Source: a virus
UHGV virus genome: UHGV-0148165
Length of the DNA stretch: 64,000 nucleotides
Reading direction: 5' to 3' (one strand)
Shown here: positions 1 to 11,052 of the stretch, in pieces
Layout of the letters: every line of letters starts with the position of its first letter
Position numbering within the stretch: the first letter of the stretch is position 1
Program-made: the position numbers and the translations under genes
Notes under the pieces: generated by a model
What the model saw: only the letters and a program-made list of their open reading frames with translations
Told to the model about the DNA's origin: nothing
The model's database searches: none

Positions 1-312
1 AATTGCGCGGTAACAATTACAGGAAATAAAGGTACATGTGTTATGCTATCTGATGAAATTAATGATTTGCTAAATGATGCAGAAAATATTACTGCACCAT
101 CTATTGATGACCAAATTTTTAATGCTTTTATGAATAGAGGTTAATATGAAAACATTTAAAGAATTTATCAAAGAAGATATGGTCGCCGGAGATTCAGGTG
201 GTAATCCTGAAAATATCTCTACTGGAACAACATCAGGCGCTGTAGTAAATAAAGGTCCTGAACAGATTCCTAAAAAGAAAAAAGAGGAATCTAAAGAAAA
301 AGAAGAGTAAAA

Positions 313-1341
313 ATGTCATCAATACCTTGGATTGATAATGAGTTTGCATACCGTGCATTAGCTCATTTACCTAAATTCACACAAGTAAATAATAGTTCAA
401 CTTTTAAATTGCGGTTTAGATGCCCTGTTTGTGGAGATTCAAAAACCGACCAGAATAAAGCTCGTGGATGGTATTATGGTGATAATAATGAAGGAAATAT
501 TCATTGTTATAACTGTAACTATCATGCACCAATAGGAATATATTTAAAGGAGTTTGAACCTGATTTATATCGTGAGTATATCTTTGAAATAAGAAAAGAA
601 AAAGGTAAAAGTCGTCCAGTAGAAAAACCTAAAGAACTTCCTAAACATCCTGAGAAGAAAATAATTAAATCTCTTCCGTCATGTGTTAGATTAGATAAAC
701 TGGCGGAAGACCATCCAATTATAAAATATGTAAAAGCTCGTTGTATTCCAAAGGATAAATGGAAATATCTTTGGTTTACAACCGAATGGCCTAAATTAGT
801 TAATAGCATAGCACCGGGAACATACAAAAAGGAAATTTCTGAGCCTCGTCTTGTTATTCCAATTTATAATGCTAATGGAAAAGCTGAGTCTTTTCAAGGA
901 CGTGCATTAAAGAAAGATGCTCCTCAAAAATATATCACCATTAAAGCTTATCCTGAGGCAACAAAAATATATGGAGTCGAACGAGTTAAAGATGGCGATG
1001 TATATGTTCTAGAAGGACCTATAGATTCACTTTTTATTGAAAATGGTATAGCTATTACGGGTGGTCAATTAGACCTAGAAATTGTTCCATTTAAAGATAG
1101 ACGCGTGTGGGTTTTAGATAATGAACCTCGTCACCCTGACACTATCAAGCGAATGACTAAATTAGTTGATGCAGGAGAAAGGGTTATGTTTTGGGATAAA
1201 TCTCCCTGGAAATCAAAAGATGTTAATGATATGATTAGAAAGGAAGGTGCAACCACTGAACAAATTATGGAATATATGAAAAATAATATTGCCCAGGGGT
1301 TGATGGCTAAAATGCGGTTATCTAAATATTCCAAGATTTAA
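313..1341 (+). CDS. 61: DNA primase (gp61)
   Basis: 342 aa; N-terminal Cys4 zinc ribbon (CPVCGDS...HCYNCN), TOPRIM-like EGPIDSLF; sits upstream of dam and 56 as in T-even phages. Confidence 0.9.
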   Translation: MSSIPWIDNEFAYRALAHLPKFTQVNNSSTFKLRFRCPVCGDSKTDQNKARGWYYGDNNEGNIHCYNCNYHAPIGIYLKEFEPDLYREYIFEIRKEKGKSRPVEKPKELPKHPEKKIIKSLPSCVRLDKLAEDHPIIKYVKARCIPKDKWKYLWFTTEWPKLVNSIAPGTYKKEISEPRLVIPIYNANGKAESFQGRALKKDAPQKYITIKAYPEATKIYGVERVKDGDVYVLEGPIDSLFIENGIAITGGQLDLEIVPFKDRRVWVLDNEPRHPDTIKRMTKLVDAGERVMFWDKSPWKSKDVNDMIRKEGATTEQIMEYMKNNIAQGLMAKMRLSKYSKI

Positions 1342-1538
1342 ATTAACCCAACTAAAGCAAATGCTAGATCTACGAATGTATCAAGAGTAACTACTGGAAT
1401 ATTAACACCATGCGCAATTGCAATTGGTGATAAAATAAAGTTCCAGAGTAAAATTCCTACCATAGCAGAAATAGTAAAAGCTATACGTTTCTTATTACCT
1501 TTGATGGCATTAACAAGTGCCATTAATTTTTGTGCCAT
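1338..1538 (-). CDS. hypothetical small membrane protein (66 aa), convergent with gene 61
   Basis: Only ORF filling the 61-to-next-gene gap; AAGGAGG 4 nt before ATG on the - strand; hydrophobic segments; no + strand ORF in this interval. Confidence 0.4.
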   Translation of the reverse strand: MAQKLMALVNAIKGNKKRIAFTISAMVGILLWNFILSPIAIAHGVNIPVVTLDTFVDLAFALVGLI

Positions 1539-1581
1539 ATGTCCTCCTTTAAATTAATATTATCACAAATTTCATAAATTT

Positions 1582-1611
1582 GTTTACTTTCTCAGCTTGT
1601 TATGGTATTAT
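1582..1611 (+). promoter_or_regulatory. T4-type early promoter
   Basis: GTTTAC then 18 bp then TATTAT; upstream of ORF 1637. Confidence 0.5.
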
Positions 1612-1636
1612 AAAATAAATTGCTGAGGATGATATA

Positions 1637-2976
<1,340 letters not shown>

Positions 2977-3036
2977 TTGCTTACATATTCAAATGATATA
3001 ATTATTTAACTTATTAATGAATTGAAAGGAAAAATA

Positions 3037-3555
3037 ATGGCTCACTTTAATGAATGCGCTCATTTGATCGAAGGTGTTGATAAAGCAACTCGTGCATATA
3101 CTGAGAATATTATGCACAATATTGACCCATTGCAGGTTATGCTTGATATGCAGCGGTCTTTACAGATTCGTTTGGCTAATGATAAGCCAGAAACAAATCG
3201 TCATCCTGATTCACTTGAAACCGCAGGAGAAGTTCTTGCTTGGCTGCGAAACCAAGACGATTATATCGCAGACGAAACTCGCGAGCTATATACTTCTCTT
3301 GGTGGTATGAGTAATGGTGAAAAAGAAGCTTCTGCTGTATGGAAACCTTGGAAGAAACGTTATTCTGAAATGCAATCCAAGAAAATTCAAGATTTATCTC
3401 CTGAAGATCAACTTGAAATTAAATTTGAACTAATTGACCAATTTCACTTTTTCATGAATAAATTTATTGCTCTTGGAATGTCAGCTGAAGAAATCTTTAA
3501 ACTTTATTATCTGAAAAATGCTGAAAACTTCGCTCGTCAAGATCGAGGTTATTAA
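3037..3555 (+). CDS. 56: dCTP pyrophosphatase (gp56)
   Basis: Starts MAHFNECAHLIEG at ATG 3037; track ORF 3022 begins at a TTG; size and position match gp56. Confidence 0.85.
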   Translation: MAHFNECAHLIEGVDKATRAYTENIMHNIDPLQVMLDMQRSLQIRLANDKPETNRHPDSLETAGEVLAWLRNQDDYIADETRELYTSLGGMSNGEKEASAVWKPWKKRYSEMQSKKIQDLSPEDQLEIKFELIDQFHFFMNKFIALGMSAEEIFKLYYLKNAENFARQDRGY

Positions 3556-3600
3556 TAGCTCGTTTAAATAAACGACGACTTAAAAGCCGCGAGAATTTAT

Positions 3601-3608
3601 TATAAATA
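3601..3608 (+). promoter_or_regulatory. late promoter TATAAATA upstream of soc
   Basis: Exact TATAAATA about 30 nt before soc ATG. Confidence 0.6.
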
Positions 3609-3638
3609 ATCATGTAATTTAAATAAAAGGAGAATTAC

Positions 3639-3884
3639 ATGGCTAGTACTCGCGGTTATGTTAATATTAAAACATTTGAGCAGAAATTAGATGGAAATAA
3701 GAAAATTGAAGGAAAGGAAATTTCTGTAGCTTTCCCTCTTTATTCTGACGTTCACAAAATTTCTGGCGCTCATTACCAGATATTCCCTTCAGAAAAAGCA
3801 GCATATTCTACAGTATATGAAGAAAATCAACGTGCTGCATGGATTGCTGCAAATGAAGATTTGTGGAAAGTAACTGGTGAATAA
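3639..3884 (+). CDS. soc: small outer capsid protein Soc
   Basis: 81-codon ORF MASTRGYVNIKTFEQ..., recognised as Soc; preceded by a late promoter. Confidence 0.85.
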   Translation: MASTRGYVNIKTFEQKLDGNKKIEGKEISVAFPLYSDVHKISGAHYQIFPSEKAAYSTVYEENQRAAWIAANEDLWKVTGE

Positions 3885-3890
3885 ATTTAA

Positions 3891-3914
3891 GGACTCCTTC
3901 GGGAGTCCTTTTTT
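3891..3914 (+). terminator. rho-independent terminator (UUCG tetraloop hairpin plus T-tract)
   Basis: GGACTCC-TTCG-GGAGTCC followed by TTTTTT. Confidence 0.8.
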
Positions 3915-3924
3915 CATTTAAACG

Positions 3925-3954
3925 GTTTACTTTCCAAAATGAGTATGGTATAAT
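3925..3954 (+). promoter_or_regulatory. T4-type early promoter
   Basis: GTTTAC then 18 bp then TATAAT. Confidence 0.6.
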
Positions 3955-3980
3955 AAAAATATCTTATAGAGGAGAACACC

Positions 3981-4193
3981 ATGTTAAATCGTTGGATTAA
4001 ACCAAATGAAGACCTCCAGAAGGTTCTTGATAAAGCTATCTCTGATAAATGGGGTATGAAAAGCTGGGATTGTGATATCGTCACGCATTCATTCATGATG
4101 CATGCAGATGGTTCAGTCGAGTTCAATGCTGAAATGCGATACACTGACTGGGGTGGATTTCAAAGAGTCGAATTTCAAAGAGGCTTTTTGTAA
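3981..4193 (+). CDS. hypothetical protein (70 aa)
   Basis: ATG start with GAGGAG SD; stop overlaps next start. Confidence 0.5.
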   Translation: MLNRWIKPNEDLQKVLDKAISDKWGMKSWDCDIVTHSFMMHADGSVEFNAEMRYTDWGGFQRVEFQRGFL

Positions 4194-4534
4194 TGTTTAT
4201 CTTTAATTGGTTTAAAAGTTTCTTTACGGATTTTTTCTCTACGACTCCTGGGGAAGGTGTAGTTCCTATTTCAAATGACTACCTTCCTTTAACTGTAGTT
4301 GAGTATGTTTATATGGAAGATGGAACAGTAGAAGCAGTTACTATGACTTATGAAGAAGCCCAAGAATATTATAAAAATCCTTGGCGCTGGTCAACACCTA
4401 CTACATCATCTAATACACAGAATACACAGTCTAGTTCTGATTCATATGATACTAATGTTCCTGTTCATGTGTGGACGGGTGATTCATGTGGAAGTTCTTG
4501 TGATTCTAGTTGTTCATCTACATCTTGTGATTGA
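4193..4534 (+). CDS. hypothetical protein with Ser/Cys-rich C-terminal tail (113 aa)
   Basis: C-terminus [18 protein letters not shown]; hydrophobic N-terminus. Confidence 0.5.
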   Translation: MFIFNWFKSFFTDFFSTTPGEGVVPISNDYLPLTVVEYVYMEDGTVEAVTMTYEEAQEYYKNPWRWSTPTTSSNTQNTQSSSDSYDTNVPVHVWTGDSCGSSCDSSCSSTSCD

Positions 4535-4542
4535 GGAAAATT

Positions 4543-5028
4543 ATGGAAGCAATTTTGTTTGAAATGTATATTAGCAGTAATAGTATGTCGTTTGCTAAAG
4601 ATGTTCCAATTACTGTAGCCGTAATGATTGATAAGGGTTATCGTAACCCTATGTATCTCGTAGAAAATTTTGTTTCAATGCCAGTTCCAGAAGATGTTGA
4701 AATAAAACTTAAAAAGATCGGAATTATTGAAACTGTGCCAAATAGTCCGTTTAGAGCAATTGAAGCATTTACTAAATCCGAATACATTAATGTTAGCGCA
4801 GAACAATATAATGGTAATCCTTTATCTTTTTATTCGTACGATTCAGTATATGACTGGAAAATAGATAAAGGAAATAAATTTATAATTGCGAGTGAAGATG
4901 CTTTATCATACTTCATTTATTATGTATGGAATAATTTAAATCCAAAATTGCTAAAAATTCATGAATTTGACGATGCTCCTACTATTGTTTTAGGTAAAAT
5001 AAATGAAAGCTCTCAAGAAGATTCTTGA
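4543..5028 (+). CDS. hypothetical protein (161 aa), at the mrh position by synteny
   Basis: ATG at 4543 with GAGGAAAA SD (track ORF opens at TTG 4531); length equals my recollection of T4 Mrh; sequence identity not verifiable. Confidence 0.5.
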   Translation: MEAILFEMYISSNSMSFAKDVPITVAVMIDKGYRNPMYLVENFVSMPVPEDVEIKLKKIGIIETVPNSPFRAIEAFTKSEYINVSAEQYNGNPLSFYSYDSVYDWKIDKGNKFIIASEDALSYFIYYVWNNLNPKLLKIHEFDDAPTIVLGKINESSQEDS

Positions 5029-5206
5029 ATGGTTCAATAGACCAAACTCAATGTATATTGATGATGGTTGGGTTGAACAAGCAAATAAAGAAATGCAGAA
5101 CGAATCGGAAGAATGGATGAAATCAATGATTAGCGCTGAGAAAGAAAAGAAATTAGAACGCTCAGCGCTTAAATTGATGAGAGACATCTATGGGGATAAA
5201 TCATGA
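5003..5206 (+). CDS. hypothetical protein (67 aa)
   Basis: ORF with ATG start; overlaps previous ORF end. Confidence 0.35.
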   Translation: MKALKKILEWFNRPNSMYIDDGWVEQANKEMQNESEEWMKSMISAEKEKKLERSALKLMRDIYGDKS

Positions 5207-5367
5207 ACAAAGATATGACGTTAGAAGAGGCTAAAGCAAAAGCAAATGAAGCACTGGATTTGCTTCTTAAAATTGGCAGTAAAATGATGGAAGAAAATGA
5301 GAAATATATCCAGGAAAACAAAATTCCCGATGGTCCATTAGTAGGCAAAAGGAAATCACATGATTGA
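5203..5367 (+). CDS. hypothetical small protein (54 aa)
   Basis: ATG overlaps upstream stop; not in the 60-aa-minimum ORF track. Confidence 0.35.
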   Translation: MNKDMTLEEAKAKANEALDLLLKIGSKMMEENEKYIQENKIPDGPLVGKRKSHD

Positions 5368-5830
5368 AGTAGCAAAACATTATTCAGTAGAATTCATGTC
5401 TAAAGAAGGTAAATCAGTAAATACTCTTGGTAAAAAATGCTCATTGATTATTCCTTTAGCAGAAAATCCAGATAGTTTAATTAAAGATATAAAAGAAAGA
5501 AAATATCCAGAAAATGTTATTCTAATTATAAAGCATACTGAAGATATTTTGCATAATACCGATTCACCGTTTTCTTCTTCTGAGGCTTTAACTATTAAAG
5601 GCTATAAAAGAGCTCATGAATATGGTCTTTTTGACCTGTTTGAAGATGATAAAGTTAAATTAGCGAGTCAACCTTCGAAAAGTAAAACATTCATTATTGA
5701 AGATATTAAAGATATAAATGCATTTGTTAAGATGGTCTGGGCTCATTTTGATGTTGGACTACGCTGGAGAATGTCTGAAGAAGAAAGAAAGATTATTGAA
5801 GCTAATCGTCAATTTGGTTTTTATCGCTAG
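5360..5830 (+). CDS. hypothetical protein (156 aa)
   Basis: Six-frame ORF with ATG start in a tightly packed early gene array. Confidence 0.5.
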   Translation: MIEVAKHYSVEFMSKEGKSVNTLGKKCSLIIPLAENPDSLIKDIKERKYPENVILIIKHTEDILHNTDSPFSSSEALTIKGYKRAHEYGLFDLFEDDKVKLASQPSKSKTFIIEDIKDINAFVKMVWAHFDVGLRWRMSEEERKIIEANRQFGFYR

Positions 5831-5838
5831 GAATTAGT

Positions 5839-6021
5839 ATGGATTTATTTGAGATGTTAGAAGATAATCATTCTACGAATATCCAGAATGATTCTAGTGA
5901 TTATAAGAAAGAGTACCGTATAGTATTACAGAATTATGGAATTGAAGCCCCAGATGCTCTTCTAGAAGAACTAGCTTCATACCATCTTGACCCTCCGCCT
6001 TGGGCTCCTTGGGCAAAATAA
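5839..6021 (+). CDS. hypothetical protein (60 aa)
   Basis: ORF with ATG start. Confidence 0.4.
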   Translation: MDLFEMLEDNHSTNIQNDSSDYKKEYRIVLQNYGIEAPDALLEELASYHLDPPPWAPWAK

Positions 6022-6032
6022 TTCAAAAAGTT

Positions 6033-6062
6033 GTTTACTTTCCTTTCTAACAATGATATGAT
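6033..6062 (+). promoter_or_regulatory. T4-type early promoter
   Basis: GTTTAC then 18 bp then TATGAT; upstream of modB. Confidence 0.5.
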
Positions 6063-6088
6063 AGCTTCTGAAGTATACGGAGGCTATC

Positions 6089-6712
6089 ATGATTATTAAT
6101 CTTGCAGATGTTGAACAGTTATCTATAAAAGCTGAAAGCGTTGATTTTCAATATGATATGTATAAAAAGGTCTGTGAAAAATTTACTGACTTTGAACAGT
6201 CAATTCTTTGGCAATGTATGGAAGCTAAAAAGAATGAAGCTCTTCATCAGCAGTTGAATAAAATCATTAAAAAGCATTTAACTAAATCACCATATCAGTT
6301 ATATCGTGGTATATCAAAATCGACAAAAGAACTCATTAAAGATTTACAAGTCGGAGAAGTGTTTTCAACGAACAGGGTAGATTCATTTACTACTAGTTTG
6401 CACACAGCATGCGGTTTTTCTTATGTTGAGTATTTCACTGAAATAATATTTCGCTTAAAAACTGATAAAGCTTTTAATTATTCTGACCATATCAGCGATA
6501 TTATACTTTCTTCTCCTAATACTGAGTTCAAGTACACGTATGAAGATACTGATGGATTAGATTCAGAGCGTACTGATAACTTAATGATGATTGTGCGTGA
6601 ACAAGAATGGATGATTCCAATTGGAAAGTATAGAATAACTTCTATTTCAAAAGAAAAATTACACGATTCATTTGGAACATTTAAAGTTTATGATATTGAG
6701 GTAGTTGAATGA
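6089..6712 (+). CDS. modB: ADP-ribosyltransferase ModB
   Basis: 207 aa (T4 ModB length); ART signature R (YRGIS), S-T-N, EQEWMIP; adjacent paralog. Confidence 0.75.
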   Translation: MIINLADVEQLSIKAESVDFQYDMYKKVCEKFTDFEQSILWQCMEAKKNEALHQQLNKIIKKHLTKSPYQLYRGISKSTKELIKDLQVGEVFSTNRVDSFTTSLHTACGFSYVEYFTEIIFRLKTDKAFNYSDHISDIILSSPNTEFKYTYEDTDGLDSERTDNLMMIVREQEWMIPIGKYRITSISKEKLHDSFGTFKVYDIEVVE

Positions 6713-7311
6713 AATACTCAGTAATGCAACTAAAAGATTTTAAAATAAAATCAATGGATGCATCGGTGCGTGCTTCTATTCGTGAAGAATTACTTTCTGA
6801 AGGGTTTAATTTATCTGAAATTGAACTTTTAATTCATTGTATTACTAATAAACCAGACGATCATTCTTGGTTAAATGAAATAGTCAAATCTCGTTTGGTT
6901 CCAAACGATAAACCTCTTTGGAGAGGTGTTCCAGCTGAGACTAAGCAAGTATTAAATCAAGGAATTGATATTATTACATTTGATAAAGTCGTATCAGCTT
7001 CATATGATAAAAATATAGCTCTACATTTTGCTTCCGGTTTAGAGTATAACACACAAGTTATTTTTGAATTCAAAGCTCCTATGGTATTCAATTTCCAGGA
7101 GTATGCTATAAAAGCTCTACGGTGTAAAGAATACAATCCAAACTTTAAGTTTCCGGATAGTCATCGTTATCGTAATATGGAATTAGTTTCAGATGAACAA
7201 GAAGTAATGATACCAGCTGGAAGTGTATTTAGAATTGCAGATAGATATGAGTACAAAAAGTATTCAACATATACTATCTATACTCTTGATTTTGAAGGAT
7301 TTAATCTATAA
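6709..7311 (+). CDS. modA: ADP-ribosyltransferase ModA
   Basis: 200 aa (T4 ModA length); ART signature R (LWRGV), EQEVMIP; start overlaps modB stop. Confidence 0.75.
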   Translation: MKYSVMQLKDFKIKSMDASVRASIREELLSEGFNLSEIELLIHCITNKPDDHSWLNEIVKSRLVPNDKPLWRGVPAETKQVLNQGIDIITFDKVVSASYDKNIALHFASGLEYNTQVIFEFKAPMVFNFQEYAIKALRCKEYNPNFKFPDSHRYRNMELVSDEQEVMIPAGSVFRIADRYEYKKYSTYTIYTLDFEGFNL

Positions 7312-7368
7312 TGGAAGGACTTAGATTCATTATACCATGAAAGTTTTAAAGCATTTTTACATAAAGTT

Positions 7369-7399
7369 GTTTACAAGTTAAGGTAAAAATGTTATAGTA
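7369..7399 (+). promoter_or_regulatory. T4-type early promoter
   Basis: GTTTAC then spacer then TATAGTAT. Confidence 0.5.
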
Positions 7400-7428
7400 T
7401 AAGTAGTTAACCCGTCCGTGAGAAAAAT

Positions 7429-8175
7429 ATGAAACTGTCTAAAAATCAAATTCGTAAAATTACACGTCGTCTAGAGCACACTCAGGCATCTGCTAAAAGA
7501 CGTTCTAAAGATTTTAACTTAGACTTCAATTACATTAAGAACATTTTAGATCAAAAAGTTTGTGCTTACTCGGGAGAACCTTTTGATAATCGTATTGAAG
7601 GAGAGAAATTATCATTAGAACGTTTTGATAATAACGTTGGATACATTAAAGGGAATGTTATTGCAGTAAAGAAAAAGTATAATACATTTCGTTCTGATTA
7701 TACTTTAGAAGAGTTGATTGAAAAGCGTGATTTATTTGCTTTGCGAATTGGTCGTTCATCTGCGAAAAAAGTTCATAAACTAAAATTAGATGAAAAGAAA
7801 TGGGCTAAAATCAAAAAGACTTATAATCAAATTAAAGCTATACAGAAAAAACGTGAAAACCGAATTGAACACATTTCTCAGCTTTCTAAATCAAAACAAA
7901 CCTCAGACATTAAGCTAACGATTGTAGCACTCAAAGCTCGTATTGATGGTTCTCGTATAGCAGAAGGCGCTGAAGTTGTTAAATTGAACGTTCTTCTTAA
8001 AGGCTCGGATTGGAAAACTGTGAAAAAGTTGTCAGAAGCAGAAATGCAATATGATATGTGTGATAAAATTATTCAAGGTGTAGAGCGGTATCAAAACTTG
8101 TCTTTTATTGATAAACTTAAACTGAAAAGAGGATACCCGCTAAATTGTTCAATTTTTAAACTTATCCGAGGATAA
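7429..8175 (+). CDS. srd: Srd-like protein (248 aa), by size and position
   Basis: Lies between modA and dda as T4 srd does; length agrees; sequence not verifiable from memory. Confidence 0.5.
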   Translation: MKLSKNQIRKITRRLEHTQASAKRRSKDFNLDFNYIKNILDQKVCAYSGEPFDNRIEGEKLSLERFDNNVGYIKGNVIAVKKKYNTFRSDYTLEELIEKRDLFALRIGRSSAKKVHKLKLDEKKWAKIKKTYNQIKAIQKKRENRIEHISQLSKSKQTSDIKLTIVALKARIDGSRIAEGAEVVKLNVLLKGSDWKTVKKLSEAEMQYDMCDKIIQGVERYQNLSFIDKLKLKRGYPLNCSIFKLIRG

Positions 8176-8176
8176 T

Positions 8177-8488
8177 ATGGTTTATGTATATGCGATAGTT
8201 TACCGAGACAAAGACGGATTTACGGCGCCAGTTCCGCTTGATGAACATCGTCCTGCTGTATTTTTTGAATGGAAGATTGCTGATAAAGTATTTACTACTC
8301 TTAAAGAGCAGTATCGACTAGCTTTAGGTAAGGGAATTCCAAGATTAGTTGAGACTCCACGTAAATTTTGGTTTAATAAAATAGAAGTTAAACATGTTAA
8401 GCCTGACGTAGACACACAAAGATTATATCAGCGAATTTTAGATACTGGGCGTATTGTTAGTATACCAATTGCAGGGAATTTACGATGA
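8177..8488 (+). CDS. hypothetical protein (103 aa)
   Basis: ORF immediately upstream of dda with overlapping stop/start. Confidence 0.5.
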   Translation: MVYVYAIVYRDKDGFTAPVPLDEHRPAVFFEWKIADKVFTTLKEQYRLALGKGIPRLVETPRKFWFNKIEVKHVKPDVDTQRLYQRILDTGRIVSIPIAGNLR

Positions 8489-9804
8489 CATTTGATGATT
8501 TGACCGAAGGCCAGAAAAATGCCTTTAACATTGTTATGAAGGCTATTAAAGAAAAGAAACACCATGTAACTATTAATGGACCTGCCGGTACCGGTAAGAC
8601 TACTCTTACTAAGTTCATCATTGAAGCTTTAATATCTACGGGTGAAACTGGTATTATTTTAGCAGCTCCTACACATGCAGCTAAAAAGATTCTTTCAAAA
8701 CTGTCAGGGAAAGAAGCGAGTACTATTCATAGTATTCTTAAAATTAACCCAGTAACATATGAAGAAAATGTTCTTTTTGAACAAAAAGAAGTACCAGATT
8801 TAGCTAAATGCAGAGTATTAATCTGCGATGAAGTGTCAATGTATGATAGAAAGCTATTTAAAATTCTGCTTTCAACTATCCCGCCGTGGTGTACTATAAT
8901 TGGAATAGGTGATAATAAGCAAATTAGACCTGTTGACCCAGGAGAAAATACTGCTTATATCAGTCCATTCTTTACACATAAAGATTTTTATCAGTGTGAA
9001 CTCACTGAAGTTAAACGCAGTAATGCTCCTATTATTGATGTAGCTACTGACGTTCGTAACGGTAAGTGGATTTATGATAAAGTTGTTGACGGGCATGGAG
9101 TACGTGGATTTACTGGTGATACCGCTTTACGCAATTTTATGGTAAATTATTTTTCAATCGTAAAATCACTAGATGATTTGTTTGAAAATCGCGTAATGGC
9201 ATTTACGAATAAATCTGTCGACAAGTTAAATAGTATTATTCGCAAAAAGATTTTTGAAACTGATAAAGATTTTATCGTCGGTGAAATTATTGTAATGCAG
9301 GAACCATTAATTAAAACATATAAAATTGATGGAAAGCCTGTGTCAGAAATTATTTTTAATAACGGACAATTAGTTCGTATTATAGAAGCAGAGTATACAT
9401 CAACATTTGTTAAAGCTCGTGGTGTTTCTGGAGAATATCTAATTCGTCATTGGGATTTAACAGTAGAAACTTACGGCGATGATGAATATTATCGTGAAAA
9501 GATTAAAATAATTTCATCCGATGAAGAATTGTATAAGTTTAACCTATTTTTAGGTAAAACAGCAGAAACTTATAAAAATTGGAACAAAGGCGGAAAAGCT
9601 CCGTGGAGTGATTTTTGGGATGCTAAATCACAGTTTAGTAAAGTGAAAGCACTTCCTGCATCAACATTCCATAAAGCTCAGGGTATGTCTGTAGACCGTG
9701 CTTTCATTTATACGCCTTGTATTCATTATGCAGATGCTGAATTGGCCCAACAACTTCTTTATGTTGGTGTTACCCGTGGTCGTTATGATGTATTTTATGT
9801 ATGA
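8485..9804 (+). CDS. dda: Dda DNA helicase (SF1)
   Basis: 439 aa; Walker A GPAGTGKT; recognised as T4 Dda. Confidence 0.95.
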   Translation: MTFDDLTEGQKNAFNIVMKAIKEKKHHVTINGPAGTGKTTLTKFIIEALISTGETGIILAAPTHAAKKILSKLSGKEASTIHSILKINPVTYEENVLFEQKEVPDLAKCRVLICDEVSMYDRKLFKILLSTIPPWCTIIGIGDNKQIRPVDPGENTAYISPFFTHKDFYQCELTEVKRSNAPIIDVATDVRNGKWIYDKVVDGHGVRGFTGDTALRNFMVNYFSIVKSLDDLFENRVMAFTNKSVDKLNSIIRKKIFETDKDFIVGEIIVMQEPLIKTYKIDGKPVSEIIFNNGQLVRIIEAEYTSTFVKARGVSGEYLIRHWDLTVETYGDDEYYREKIKIISSDEELYKFNLFLGKTAETYKNWNKGGKAPWSDFWDAKSQFSKVKALPASTFHKAQGMSVDRAFIYTPCIHYADAELAQQLLYVGVTRGRYDVFYV

Positions 9805-9825
9805 TTAAATTTGAGGAAGCTATTC

Positions 9826-10071
9826 GTGGAAATAACTAAAGATCAGTTTTATCTTCTTCAAGATAAAGTAAGCGAAATTTATGAAATTGCTTATAGCAAA
9901 AATCGTGAAACTGTAAAAATAGAATCTAGTAAGTTGAGGCTTCAATTAGAAGAAATTGAACGAGATTTAATTGCGTTAGAATTCTTTTGTGGTGAAGTGA
10001 AAACTGTTACAATCAATGATTATATTTTAGGCGAAATTAGCTATCTTTATAAGGCGATTATTAATGATTGA
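9826..10071 (+). CDS. hypothetical protein, probable GTG start
   Basis: Track ORF 9811 opens at TTG; GTG 9826 has GAGGAAG SD; paralogous to next ORF. Confidence 0.45.
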   Translation: MEITKDQFYLLQDKVSEIYEIAYSKNRETVKIESSKLRLQLEEIERDLIALEFFCGEVKTVTINDYILGEISYLYKAIIND

Positions 10072-10306
10072 ATTGAGTTGGTACCAGTTTAAATCTCTTA
10101 TGACAAATGTTAAAGCTGTCATTGAAGAAAATCCGGGTCCTGAAAATATTACTATTCGCGAAAAAGCTTCAAAGATAGTATACAGTCTTGAAGAGATACA
10201 AAAAGACATTGAATCTATGGCAAAATTTATTGATGAGCCTATTAATAAAGTTTATATTCAAGACTATACTGTAGGTCAAATTCGCGATTTAGCAAGGAAA
10301 ATTTAA
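10064..10306 (+). CDS. hypothetical protein (80 aa), paralog of previous ORF
   Basis: Shared motifs (LEEIxxDI, I-x-DY-x-G-x-I) with ORF 9826-10071. Confidence 0.5.
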   Translation: MIELSWYQFKSLMTNVKAVIEENPGPENITIREKASKIVYSLEEIQKDIESMAKFIDEPINKVYIQDYTVGQIRDLARKI

Positions 10307-10989
10307 TGTTTGATTTTATTATAGATTTTGAAACAATGGGAAGCGGCGAAAAGGCAGCTGTTATTGATTTAGCTGTAATTGCTTTTGACCCTAATCCAGA
10401 AGTCGTTGAAACATTCGATGAATTAGTTTCACGTGGCATTAAAATCAAATTTGATTTAAAAAGCCAAAAAGGACATCGTCTTTTTACTAAAAGCACTATT
10501 GAATGGTGGAAGAACCAATCTCCTGAAGCTCGAAAAAATATTGCACCATCAGATGAAGATGTAAGCACTATCGATGGTATTGCAAAATTTAATGATTACA
10601 TCAATGCACATAATATCGATCCTTGGAAATCTCAAGGCTGGTGCCGTGGAATGTCGTTTGATTTTCCAATTTTAGTCGATCTCATTCGTGATATTCAACG
10701 TCTTAATGGTGTTTCTGAGAATGAGCTTGACACATTTAAGTTAGAACCATGTAAATTCTGGAATCAGCGTGATATTCGTACCAGAATTGAAGCACTTCTG
10801 CTTGTTCGTGATATGACCACGTGTCCTCTTCCAAAAGGAACTTTAGATGGATTCGTTGCGCATGATTCTATTCATGACTGTGCGAAAGATATTCTGATGA
10901 TGAAGTATGCTTTGCGATATGCTATGGGTCTTGAAGATGCTCCGTCAGAGGAAGATTACGATCCTCTATCTCTTCCAACAAAACGATAA
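10306..10989 (+). CDS. dexA: exonuclease A (DexA)
   Basis: 227 aa, same as T4 DexA; position after dda. Confidence 0.8.
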   Translation: MFDFIIDFETMGSGEKAAVIDLAVIAFDPNPEVVETFDELVSRGIKIKFDLKSQKGHRLFTKSTIEWWKNQSPEARKNIAPSDEDVSTIDGIAKFNDYINAHNIDPWKSQGWCRGMSFDFPILVDLIRDIQRLNGVSENELDTFKLEPCKFWNQRDIRTRIEALLLVRDMTTCPLPKGTLDGFVAHDSIHDCAKDILMMKYALRYAMGLEDAPSEEDYDPLSLPTKR

Positions 10990-10995
10990 AAAGTT

Positions 10996-11029
10996 GTTTA
11001 CTTCCTCGGTTAGTTGTGGTATTATAACA
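10996..11029 (+). promoter_or_regulatory. T4-type early promoter
   Basis: GTTTAC then 18 bp then TATTAT. Confidence 0.6.
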
Positions 11030-11052
11030 CCATAGCTACTGAGGATAATAAA

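Noticed and set aside
3022-3036. Upstream extensions of ORFs in the track that begin at TTG or GTG (3022, 4531, 11014, 14022, 14358, 21681, 37296, 40563, 42695, 44595, 49729, 50180, 57658, 58752)
   Set aside because: In each case an ATG with a proper Shine-Dalgarno follows shortly downstream and gives the length expected for the T4 homologue; the extensions often run through promoters or terminator hairpins
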